This document shows, piece by piece, positions 34,470-41,770 of a DNA stretch of 41,770 nt. Where the stretch lies: positions 1 through 41,770 of the forward strand of contig MHXE01000001.1 in assembly GCA_001824375.1 (NCBI GenBank), written 5' to 3'. Each line of letters begins with the position of its first letter. Position 1 is the stretch's first letter. The stretch is from Parcubacteria group bacterium RIFCSPHIGHO2_02_FULL_40_12. Its GTDB lineage: Bacteria > Patescibacteriota > Minisyncoccia > 2-02-FULL-40-12. The notes beneath the pieces are model-generated. The model saw only the letters and a list, made by a program, of their open reading frames with translations, was not told the origin of the DNA and searched no databases. The translations under genes were made by a program, and so were the position numbers.

Positions 34470-35129
34470 TTACTTCAAATATGTTTTTTCTATTACTGGG
34501 ATTGAATCCTTTAATAAAATCAAGTATTTATTCTCTAAAATACCAATAACATTCACGCTGTCTGCTCTAACCGTTTCAAGAAACGGCAAATTCCGCACTG
34601 CCCGAACTAAATCTTTATTGGAACCAGGCTGAACCAGCAAAATCGAATCTTGTTTTTTCTTGGCTTTTTTATATCCGGCAAGATTAGCTGAAATTTTATC
34701 AAAAATTTCTTTCATTTTTTTTGTTTTAACCTCGCTTAAAGAAATTAAATCCACCACTAAGAGCTGATTGTCCTTTGCCTTTGAACTTAAGGCCATGAAT
34801 AATGCTTTTTGTTTGGCTTTTTTATTTATCTTTTTTGAATATATTTTTTCTTTAAGCGGGCCATGGGTTACTCCCCCTCCTTTCCAAATAGGCGACCTGA
34901 TTGAGCCATGCCTGGCTCTACCAGTGCCTTTTTGCCGCCAAGGCTTTTTCCCGCCGCCCCTGACCTCTCCTCTGCCTTTGGCATGAGCCAGAATTTCCCG
35001 GCTATTAGCCATCTGGGTAACGATGGCCTGATGAACTAAATCATGATTTAAAGGAATATTAAAAATAGCGTCTAATAATTCTACGCTTCCCGTTTCTTCT
35101 CCTAATTGATTATATAATTTAACCTTCAT
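34470..35129 (-). CDS. rplD: 50S ribosomal protein uL4
   Basis: GGGKKPWRQKGTGRARHGSIRSPIWKGGGVTHGP. Confidence 0.95.
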   Translation of the reverse strand: MKVKLYNQLGEETGSVELLDAIFNIPLNHDLVHQAIVTQMANSREILAHAKGRGEVRGGGKKPWRQKGTGRARHGSIRSPIWKGGGVTHGPLKEKIYSKKINKKAKQKALFMALSSKAKDNQLLVVDLISLSEVKTKKMKEIFDKISANLAGYKKAKKKQDSILLVQPGSNKDLVRAVRNLPFLETVRADSVNVIGILENKYLILLKDSIPVIEKTYLK

Positions 35130-35550
35130 TAAATTTTATTATCTTTAAAAACGTCCCCTTGCGGCCCGGTACAGCGCCTTTAATCGCCATAACATTATTT
35201 TCCTTATCAATCTTTGCCACTTCCAAGTTCCTGATCGTGGTTTTCTTTGCACCCATGTGGCCGGCCATTCTCATCCCTTTTAAAGTATGCTGCGGAAATC
35301 TTTGGCCGATTGAACCCGGCGCTCTTTCCATGCCTTTATGGCCGTGGCTAGCGGGCATTCCGGAAAAACCGTGCCTTTTCACCACTCCCTGAAAACCTTT
35401 GCCCTTTGAAACCCCGCTAACTTTTATTTTTTCTCCTTCCTTAATTTCCAAATTGTTTGAATCCAATTCAACTAAAGTCACCGGCACCACTTTGCCGTCT
35501 TCCTTAAAAAATTGGGTCATTCCTAATTTTCTGCCGATAATTTCAGCCAT
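35119..35550 (-). CDS. rplC: 50S ribosomal protein uL3, unusually short (143 aa)
   Basis: The N-terminus IIGRKLGMTQFF, SKGKGFQGVVKRHGF, PGSIGQ and the C-terminus AIKGAVPG are all present. About 60-70 central residues found in typical bacterial uL3 are missing. Confidence 0.9.
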   Translation of the reverse strand: MAEIIGRKLGMTQFFKEDGKVVPVTLVELDSNNLEIKEGEKIKVSGVSKGKGFQGVVKRHGFSGMPASHGHKGMERAPGSIGQRFPQHTLKGMRMAGHMGAKKTTIRNLEVAKIDKENNVMAIKGAVPGRKGTFLKIIKFNEG

Positions 35551-35564
35551 ATTTAAACATCGTC

Positions 35565-35598
35565 TTACAAACGAAAATCGGGCTCCAGCGCCCGATTT
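35565..35598 (-). terminator. terminator/attenuator-like hairpin between rpsJ and rplC
   Basis: 9-bp stem AAATCGGGC/GCCCGATTT followed by TTTTCGTTTG on the minus strand. Confidence 0.4.
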
Positions 35599-35687
35599 AA
35601 AAACGCTAAAGCCAATTTTTATTTTTCAGATTCTGAATAAAAATCTGTTCAACATATAATTATCTGGAACAGACATTGAAACCCGAT

Positions 35688-36026
35688 TTACATCTTGATC
35701 TCAATGTCTACTCCGGCAGGCAAACTCAAATTCATAAGAGAATCTATGATTTTCGGCGTCGGATTCGGGATTTCAATCAATCTTTTGTGAATCCTCATTT
35801 CAAACTGCTCCCGGCTGTCTTTATGGACGAAAGTCGAACGGTTCACCGTAAATTTTGAAATCTCGGTCGGCAATGGCACCGGCCCGATTACTCTGACGTC
35901 AAGCCTCTCCAGGGTTTCAATGATTTGCCTGGCTGATTTATCTATAATTCGGCTGTCAAAAGCTTTCAGCCGGATTCGGATTCTTTGTTCAGTCTTTTCT
36001 TCTTTTACTTTTTTCGGACTGGCCAT
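35688..36026 (-). CDS. rpsJ: 30S ribosomal protein uS10
   Basis: [10 protein letters not shown]...GPVPLPT...VDIEIK. Confidence 0.95.
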   Translation of the reverse strand: MASPKKVKEEKTEQRIRIRLKAFDSRIIDKSARQIIETLERLDVRVIGPVPLPTEISKFTVNRSTFVHKDSREQFEMRIHKRLIEIPNPTPKIIDSLMNLSLPAGVDIEIKM

Positions 36027-36046
36027 ATCAATTAAAGAACTAAAGG

Positions 36047-36082
36047 TTCAAAAAAGATTATTGCTTTTTAGGCAATAATCTT
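36047..36082 (-). terminator. intrinsic terminator of tuf (the stem includes the stop codon)
   Basis: AAGATTATTGC-ctaaaaa-GCAATAATCTT followed by TTTTTG. Confidence 0.65.
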
Positions 36083-37273
36083 GGTTGCTACTCCGGCCCC
36101 AACCGTTTTTCCGCCCTCTCTGATTGCAAATCTCATCTTCTCTTCCAAGGCAATCGGAGCAATCAATTTAATCTTCAAATTAACCGTGTCGCCGGGCATA
36201 ACCATTTCACTGCCTTGAGGCAGAAAAACTTCGCCGGTTACATCAGTGGTCCGAACATAGAATTGAGGTTTATAGCCGGCAAAGAAAGGGGTGTGCCTCC
36301 CGCCTTCCTCTTTGGTCAAAATATAGATTTCAGCTTCAAACTCGGTATGAGGAGTAATGGAGCCGGGTTTGGCTATAACCTGTCCGCGGGAAACATCTTC
36401 TTTCTTGACTCCCCGCAAAAGCAGACCGACATTATCTCCGGCAATAGTTTCATCCATTTGTTTATTGAACATCTCTACGCCGGTAATAATGGTTTTTTGA
36501 GTTGGCCTGATGCCGACAATTTCTATTTCTTCGTTAAGTTTTATTTTCCCTCTTTCAACCTTTCCAGTAACAACCGTTCCTCTTCCTTCAATTGAAAAAA
36601 CATCTTCAATTGGCATCAAAAACGGCCTTTCAATGTCTCTGACTGGATCAGGAATATGCTCATCAACCGCCTTAAGAAGCTCACGGATCGGACCAACAGC
36701 CGGATCATCTTTAGATTTAGCTTCCAATGCTTTTAATCCTGACCCTCGGATGATCGGAATCGTATCGCCCGGATACTGGTATTTATTCAAAAGCTCCCGG
36801 ATTTCAGTTTCAACCAAATCAACCAGTTCCTTGTCTTCAACCATGTCAATTTTATTTAAAAATACAATAATTGAAGGAACGCCGACCTGGCGGGCTAATA
36901 ATATATGTTCTCTGGTCTGAGGCATGGCGCCATCCGGTGCGGAAACAACTAAAATCGCCCCATCCATCTGGGCAGCGCCGGTAATCATGTTTTTAATGTA
37001 GTCGGCATGGCCCGGGGCATCAACATGAGCATAGTGCCTTTTAGGAGTTTCGAATTCAGAATGATGCAAGGCAATGGTGATGCCTCTGGCTTTTTCCTCC
37101 GGAGCCTTGTCAATCTGATCAACTTTTTCAACTCTGGCTTTATAGCCTTCGTCGGCAAGTAAATTTCCGGCAACATTTAAAATTGCCGCCGTTAAAGTGG
37201 TCTTGCCGTGATCAACATGACCAATTGTCCCGACATTCACATGAATTTTGGACCTCTCAAATTTTTCAGCCAT
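36068..37273 (-). CDS. tuf: translation elongation factor Tu
   Basis: [23 protein letters not shown]. Full length, 401 aa. Confidence 0.98.
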   Translation of the reverse strand: MAEKFERSKIHVNVGTIGHVDHGKTTLTAAILNVAGNLLADEGYKARVEKVDQIDKAPEEKARGITIALHHSEFETPKRHYAHVDAPGHADYIKNMITGAAQMDGAILVVSAPDGAMPQTREHILLARQVGVPSIIVFLNKIDMVEDKELVDLVETEIRELLNKYQYPGDTIPIIRGSGLKALEAKSKDDPAVGPIRELLKAVDEHIPDPVRDIERPFLMPIEDVFSIEGRGTVVTGKVERGKIKLNEEIEIVGIRPTQKTIITGVEMFNKQMDETIAGDNVGLLLRGVKKEDVSRGQVIAKPGSITPHTEFEAEIYILTKEEGGRHTPFFAGYKPQFYVRTTDVTGEVFLPQGSEMVMPGDTVNLKIKLIAPIALEEKMRFAIREGGKTVGAGVATKIIA

Positions 37274-37353
37274 TTCTATTGATTAAAGATAAACTGCCGC
37301 GATTCCTGATAAGACGGAAAAAAAACAACTTATCCAGAATCGTTGCGTTTTAT

Positions 37354-37638
37354 CTACAAATTACCTGATAATTCTCTTTCTCTTTCCGCCACTTGTTCTT
37401 TTAAAGCGGATATCTCCTTATTAAGCCTATCAATTATTTCTTCATTACTATCTTTATCTTTATCAAAATTGTCAAAATTGTCAATATTTTTGTGGATAAC
37501 CCCACTATTTAAAGTAGCGGGGATAATTAAGCCTTTATATTTATCATAAGTCAAAACTACAAATTCAGGACGGCCATTTTCAACTATAAGCAATCCTCCC
37601 AAAGTTGAAATTAATTCTTGTAAGTCTTTTGACAACAT
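37354..37638 (-). CDS. 94-aa protein; Phd/YefM-like N-terminal segment plus acidic linker and coiled coil
   Basis: GGLLIVENGRPEFVVLTYDKYKGL resembles the antitoxin beta2-beta3 segment. The start lies 2 nt after the fusA stop. The call is weak. Confidence 0.4.
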   Translation of the reverse strand: MLSKDLQELISTLGGLLIVENGRPEFVVLTYDKYKGLIIPATLNSGVIHKNIDNFDNFDKDKDSNEEIIDRLNKEISALKEQVAERERELSGNL

Positions 37639-37640
37639 GA

Positions 37641-39773
37641 TTATTTTTTTCCGGCGATTATTTCGGCGGTTACATTTTGAGGCACAATTTCATAATTAGA
37701 AAATTCCATAGTGAATGTCCCTCTGCCTTCGGTCAAAGATCTTAAAACTGTGGCATAACCGAACATCTCGCCAAGCGGCACTTTAGCATCGATTACTTTT
37801 AAATTCAAGGTCTCTCGGTCATTGATATTAGAAATCTGGCCGCGTCGGCTTGAAAGGTCGCCCGTGGCCTCGCCCATGAATTTTTCCGGAACAATAACTT
37901 CCAGTTTCATAATAGGTTCCAGCACTACTGGCTTTGAACGCTTGGCACCGTCCTGAAAAGCGGACGAAGCGGCAATTTTAAAAGCAATTTCAGAAGAGTC
38001 AACCTCATGGAAAGTTCCGTCGTATAAAGTCGCCTTAAAATCAGTCACCGGATAACCGGCTAAAACTCCTTTGTCTTTGGCTTCCATGACTCCTTTTTCA
38101 ACGGCTGGAATATATTCGTCCGGGATGGCTCCTCCTTTAATGGCATTCACGAATTCAAAACCCTTGCCGCGCTCTAACGGCTCAATACGCATCCAAACAT
38201 GGCCATATTGGCCGCGGCCTCCGGACTGCCTAATATATTTTCCTTCAACTTCGGTTGAGCCGGTAATGGTTTCTTTGTAGGCAACTTGGGGCCGACCGAT
38301 ATTGGCCCCTACCCCGAATTCCCTTTTCATCCGGTCAACAATAATTTCAAGATGAAGCTCGCCCATCCCCGAAATAACCGTATCGCCGGTCTCGCTGTCG
38401 CTCCTGATCCTGAAAGTCGGGTCTTCATCAGATAAACGCTTTAAGGCCAAAGACATTTTTTCCTGGTCAGCTTTGGTTTTCGGCTCGATCTTGAGGGAAA
38501 TGACCGGCTCCGGAAAAACTATCTGTTCCAAAATAATCGGACTTTCCGGACTTGCAAGAGTATCTCCGGTTTTAGTGAATTTCAAACCAACTGTCGCAGC
38601 AATATTGCCGGCATCAACCTTTTCCATCTCATGTCTTTCATTGGCATGCATCTGTAAAATCCGGCCGATTCTTTCCTTTTCGTTTTTCGCAACATTCAAA
38701 ACATAAGAGCCGGTTTTTAAAACTCCTGAATATACTCTGAAGAAAGTAAGCTGACCGACATAAGGATCGGTAGCGACTTTAAAAGCCAAAGCCGTAAAAG
38801 GTTCTTCGTCTTTAGGTTGCCTCTCTTCGGTCTCGCCGGTTTCTGGATTAATCCCTTTAACTGGCAACACTTCAACGGGAGAAGGCAGGAAATCAATTAC
38901 CGCATCCAAAACCAGTTGGACCCCTTTGTTTTTCAAGGCTGAACCGGTATAAACCGGGATAATTTTGTAATTCAAAACTGATTTCCTTAAAGATTTCTTT
39001 AAAATTTCTAAAGGAATATCTTTGCCTTCAAGAAACATCTCCATCACTTCATCGTCGTTTTCGGCAATTTTTTCAACTAACTCGTGGCGATATTTTTGGC
39101 TTAGTTCTTTTAAATACTTTGGAACTTCAGCTTCAACCGTAGACTCACCGAACTTTCCTTCAAAGCGGAGAAACTTCATTGTTAAAAGATCAGCTACGCC
39201 GGTAAACTTATCTTCTTCCCCGTCAGGAATCTGCATTCGAATGGCGTTAGGAGTAAGCCTTGTTAAAATCGACTGAAAAGACTTTTCAAAAGAAGCGCCG
39301 AGCCGGTCCAATTTATTTATAAAGCAGATTCTCGGCACTTTGTATTTATCGGCCTGGCGCCAGACTGTTTCTGATTGAGGCTCCACTCCAGCCACCCCGT
39401 CAAAAACAACAACCGCTCCGTCTAACACGCGCAACGAGCGTTCCACCTCAACCGTAAAATCAACATGGCCGGGCGTATCAATAATATTAATCTTGTGTTC
39501 AAAACTTTTCCGGTCTGCCTGATTAATCTGATAAGTCGGAATCCAAAAAACAGTCGTGGCGGCGGCAGTAATAGTGATACCTCTTTCTCTTTCCTGTTCC
39601 ATCCAATCCATTATCGCCGCCCCTTCGTGAACCTCACCGATTTTATGGGAAACTCCGGTATAAAATAAAATACGCTCACTTATTGTGGTCTTGCCCGCAT
39701 CAATGTGAGCGATAATACCGATATTCCTGATTTTTTCAATTGGATAATCCCGCATACCTAAAAGAGCTACCAT
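37641..39773 (-). CDS. fusA: translation elongation factor G
   Basis: [24 protein letters not shown]. 710 aa. The alternative start MRDYPIEK lies at 39755. Confidence 0.97.
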   Translation of the reverse strand: MVALLGMRDYPIEKIRNIGIIAHIDAGKTTISERILFYTGVSHKIGEVHEGAAIMDWMEQERERGITITAAATTVFWIPTYQINQADRKSFEHKINIIDTPGHVDFTVEVERSLRVLDGAVVVFDGVAGVEPQSETVWRQADKYKVPRICFINKLDRLGASFEKSFQSILTRLTPNAIRMQIPDGEEDKFTGVADLLTMKFLRFEGKFGESTVEAEVPKYLKELSQKYRHELVEKIAENDDEVMEMFLEGKDIPLEILKKSLRKSVLNYKIIPVYTGSALKNKGVQLVLDAVIDFLPSPVEVLPVKGINPETGETEERQPKDEEPFTALAFKVATDPYVGQLTFFRVYSGVLKTGSYVLNVAKNEKERIGRILQMHANERHEMEKVDAGNIAATVGLKFTKTGDTLASPESPIILEQIVFPEPVISLKIEPKTKADQEKMSLALKRLSDEDPTFRIRSDSETGDTVISGMGELHLEIIVDRMKREFGVGANIGRPQVAYKETITGSTEVEGKYIRQSGGRGQYGHVWMRIEPLERGKGFEFVNAIKGGAIPDEYIPAVEKGVMEAKDKGVLAGYPVTDFKATLYDGTFHEVDSSEIAFKIAASSAFQDGAKRSKPVVLEPIMKLEVIVPEKFMGEATGDLSSRRGQISNINDRETLNLKVIDAKVPLGEMFGYATVLRSLTEGRGTFTMEFSNYEIVPQNVTAEIIAGKK

Positions 39774-40234
39774 GCGAAATGGGCAAACGCCCTATTAGCA
39801 TCAGCCATTCTATGAGTATCCATTTTTTTCTTAACTGCTATTCCGGTGTTATTAAATGCATCTATCATTTCTTGTGATAATTTTTCAACCATTGGCTTGC
39901 CTTTTTTTGATTGAGCCGCTTCAATTATCCAGCGCAAAGCCAAAGTTGTCTTTCTTTCCGGCTTTACCGGATAAGGAATCTGATAATTAGCGCCTCCGAT
40001 CCGACGGCTGCGAAGCTCTAACTCCGGCCCGGCATTCCTGATCACTTGATCTAAAACTTCTAAAGCTTTTTTGCCAAGCTTCTTTTCACTTTCCTCTAAA
40101 GCGCCGTAAACTATTCCTCTCGCAATAGCCTTCCTTCCGCTTTTCATAATGTAATTAATAAACTTAGCGACTAAAGCGCTTTGATACTTAATGTCTGGTT
40201 CAATTATTTTTTTTAGTACTTGTCCTCGTCTCAT
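39767..40234 (-). CDS. rpsG: 30S ribosomal protein uS7
   Basis: [12 protein letters not shown]...[13 protein letters not shown]...[10 protein letters not shown]. Confidence 0.96.
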   Translation of the reverse strand: MRRGQVLKKIIEPDIKYQSALVAKFINYIMKSGRKAIARGIVYGALEESEKKLGKKALEVLDQVIRNAGPELELRSRRIGGANYQIPYPVKPERKTTLALRWIIEAAQSKKGKPMVEKLSQEMIDAFNNTGIAVKKKMDTHRMADANRAFAHFAW

Positions 40235-40641
40235 CTTGGTCTTTTGGCTCCATATTTAGAGCGTTGCTGTTTCCGGCCTTCCACTCCGGCTGAATCTAAC
40301 AGGCCTCGAACAATGTGATAGCGGACACCCGGCAAATCTTTTACCCGACCGCCTCTAATTATTACTACCGAATGCTCTTGCAAGTTATGGCCAATGCCGG
40401 GGATATAGGCCGTAACTTCCTGGCCGTTGGTCAAGCGGACTCTCGCAATTTTTCTTAAAGCCGAGTTTGGTTTCTTCGGGGTAGTGGTCGTTACCTTGAT
40501 ACAAACTCCTCTTTTAAATGGCGATGAATAATCAACCGGCCGATTCTTTAATGTATTAAAACCGAATGCCAAGGCCGGCGACTTGGTCTTCGCTTTGGAT
40601 ATCTTTCTCGGGTTTTTCAGAAGCTGACGAAATGTCGGCAT
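40231..40641 (-). CDS. rpsL: 30S ribosomal protein uS12
   Basis: [13 protein letters not shown] is the canonical start. The 14 extra N-terminal codons in the track (non-ATG start) are unlikely. [10 protein letters not shown] is present. Confidence 0.95.
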   Translation of the reverse strand: MPTFRQLLKNPRKISKAKTKSPALAFGFNTLKNRPVDYSSPFKRGVCIKVTTTTPKKPNSALRKIARVRLTNGQEVTAYIPGIGHNLQEHSVVIIRGGRVKDLPGVRYHIVRGLLDSAGVEGRKQQRSKYGAKRPR

Positions 40642-40654
40642 AAGCGTAGGAAAA

Positions 40655-40683
40655 ATAGTATCATGAAAATTTTTAACGCGCAA
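40655..40683 (-). promoter_or_regulatory. candidate str-operon promoter TTGCGC-N17-TACTAT
   Basis: Read on the minus strand. The -10 ends 13 nt upstream of the rpsL ATG. Confidence 0.4.
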
Positions 40684-40823
40684 TGTTAGCGAAAACCTTT
40701 CCTCGGCACACGTCTTCGGGAACCGCTCGCAAAACCCAGCGAGTTTTGCTCGCTGTACTTGCGACCTCGGAGGGCATCGCTGGAATGTCCGAGAATGAGC
40801 GAACCGGACGTTGCCGGACGGCG

Positions 40824-41435
40824 CTACCCCACTATTAATCTAAACAGACTAAACACGAGAGGGAAAATTAACGGCAGAACAAAAAACAAAACTAAAACAA
40901 ACAGGACTAACCCGTAGCGGAGGTAAAAATTTCTGAAAGAATAGAGCCTGTCAGGAATAATGCTTAGAAAAAGCCAATGGCCATCAAGAGGCGGAACTGG
41001 CAATAAATTAAAAATCGCTAAAACCAAGTTTATCAAAACAATAAATGAAAAAAGTTCTGGTAAAATACTGGCTTGTAAAAAAGTCGGCATAAATCTCAAC
41101 ATCAAGCCGAAAATCAAAGCAATCAAAATATTTGAAAGAGGGCCGGCAAAACCGACCTTGGCTGGTCCAAATTTTTGGTCCCTCAAATACAAAGGGTTAT
41201 AAGGCACCGGCTTGGCATACCCGAAAATAAAACCGCCCAAGCTATAAGTTAAAAACGGCAATAAGATCGAACCGAAAAGATCCAAATGAGGCAAAGGGTT
41301 TAAGGTAAGGCGTCCGGCGTGCTTGGCAGTATTATCACCCAGACTATAAGCCATTAAGCCATGACTGACTTCATGGATAACGATTGAAAACAAAACCACA
41401 AGAATTTTAAAAACGACTAGTGAAAATTCATCCAT
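40824..41435 (-). CDS. peptidase M50 (site-2 protease) family membrane metalloprotease
   Basis: [10 protein letters not shown] (HExxH) in TM1 and [10 protein letters not shown] in a later TM helix. Confidence 0.85.
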   Translation of the reverse strand: MDEFSLVVFKILVVLFSIVIHEVSHGLMAYSLGDNTAKHAGRLTLNPLPHLDLFGSILLPFLTYSLGGFIFGYAKPVPYNPLYLRDQKFGPAKVGFAGPLSNILIALIFGLMLRFMPTFLQASILPELFSFIVLINLVLAIFNLLPVPPLDGHWLFLSIIPDRLYSFRNFYLRYGLVLFVLVLFFVLPLIFPLVFSLFRLIVG

Positions 41436-41439
41436 AGTC

Positions 41440-41468
41440 TTGAAACATTATCAATTCTAAGATATTCT
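41440..41468 (+). promoter_or_regulatory. candidate rpmB promoter TTGAAA-N17-TATTCT
   Basis: Read directly. The -10 ends 8 nt before the ATG at 41477. Confidence 0.35.
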
Positions 41469-41476
41469 GTAAAATT

Positions 41477-41659
41477 ATGCGTTGTCCGCGATGTGGGAAA
41501 AAATCAATGAAAGTAACTAAACGAAAACTGCTTCGCGGACATTATAATCCGACAAAAATCTACCGCCAAAAACCGAATTTGCAATGGGTGGCGGTTAATG
41601 GAAAGAGAATTAAAATCTGCACGGATTGCATCAAAACGCTCCATAAAGAAGCGAAATAA
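41477..41659 (+). CDS. rpmB: 50S ribosomal protein bL28 (zinc-ribbon form)
   Basis: CPRCGKK...PNLQWVAVNGKRIKICTDCIK matches the L28 pattern C..CGK...PNLQ...GK...C..C. Confidence 0.65.
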   Translation: MRCPRCGKKSMKVTKRKLLRGHYNPTKIYRQKPNLQWVAVNGKRIKICTDCIKTLHKEAK

Positions 41660-41667
41660 GTTTCATG

Positions 41668-41738
41668 CGGGTCATAGGATAGTGGCAGTCCATACCCTCG
41701 GGGTGGGTAAAGCGGGCGTTCGATTCGTCCTGGCCCGA
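41668..41738 (+). tRNA. tRNA-Pro (anticodon GGG in the best fold; unusual C33)
   Basis: C1-G72 and A73, typical of bacterial tRNA-Pro. Acceptor CGGGTCA/TGGCCCG; D arm GGAT-AGTGGCA-GTCC; anticodon stem TACCC/GGGTA with loop TCGGGGT; T arm GGGCG-TTCGATT-CGTCC. No CCA is encoded. Confidence 0.7.
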
Positions 41739-41770
41739 CAAAATATCAACTTCTCTTAAACCTTTTTTCT

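Noticed and set aside
40642-40683. Long N-terminal extensions suggested by the ORF track for rpsL (40683), rplE (30334) and hicA (25288), and the TTG at 127 as the recombinase start.
   Set aside because: The canonical family N-termini begin at internal Met codons: [15 protein letters not shown] and MPKNIS. The recombinase frame is open from nt 1, with recognisable domain sequence upstream of 127.
1-41770. CRISPR arrays, rRNA genes, complete IS elements or transposases, and inteins in nrdJ.
   Set aside because: No regularly spaced direct repeats, no rRNA signatures and no transposase-like ORFs were seen. nrdJ is a continuous, ordinary-length sequence with no intein blocks.

Overview
This is a compact, low-GC (about 35-40% by eye) bacterial chromosome segment. 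It looks like a Candidate Phyla Radiation / Patescibacteria genome: there is no rpmD between rpsE and rplO, it has a DUF4012 protein, many start/stop overlaps and very short spacers.

Layout:
- 1-950: 3' part of a large serine recombinase running into tRNA-Gly(CCC).
- 0.9-11.6 kb, housekeeping genes: ftsB-like, hisS, HIT, rpsU, yqeY, ftsA, ftsZ, cobO, nrdJ, lepA.
- 11.6-17.7 kb, a surface-glycan locus: DUF4012, GT4 and a sugar transferase. It is interrupted by a reverse-transcriptase relic and a ~0.6 kb high-GC island.
- 17.7-24.4 kb: rnpB, rnhA, DHH phosphoesterase, pgk, tpiA, dedA, galT, GT2, map.
- 24.4-40.7 kb, minus strand: the complete str/S10/spc ribosomal superoperon, rpsL-rpsG-fusA-orf94-tuf-rpsJ...rplO-secY-adk-map.
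- 40.8-41.8 kb: an M50 protease, rpmB and tRNA-Pro.

Most unusual signals:
1. A fossil or domesticated DGR-like module at 15.6-16.9 kb. The DGR-type RT has lost its catalytic motifs through in-frame deletions. Next to it is a foreign high-GC 156-aa gene whose C-terminal ~110 nt are adenine-starved and rich in NNC codons, like a DGR variable region. I found no template repeat.
2. Two families of small hairpin repeats with compensatory stem substitutions. One is nested inside the other, and one supplies the last 8 codons and the stop codon of rpsS.
3. A hicB/hicA cassette inserted between secY and adk, bracketed by a diverged duplication of the adk 5' end.
4. A ~235-nt GC-rich, terminator-capped, apparently non-coding region downstream of secY.
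5. Reduced ribosomal content: no rpmC or rpmD in the operon, and a 143-aa uL3.

All calls come from reading the sequence and the ORF translations by hand. No searches or folding programs were run.
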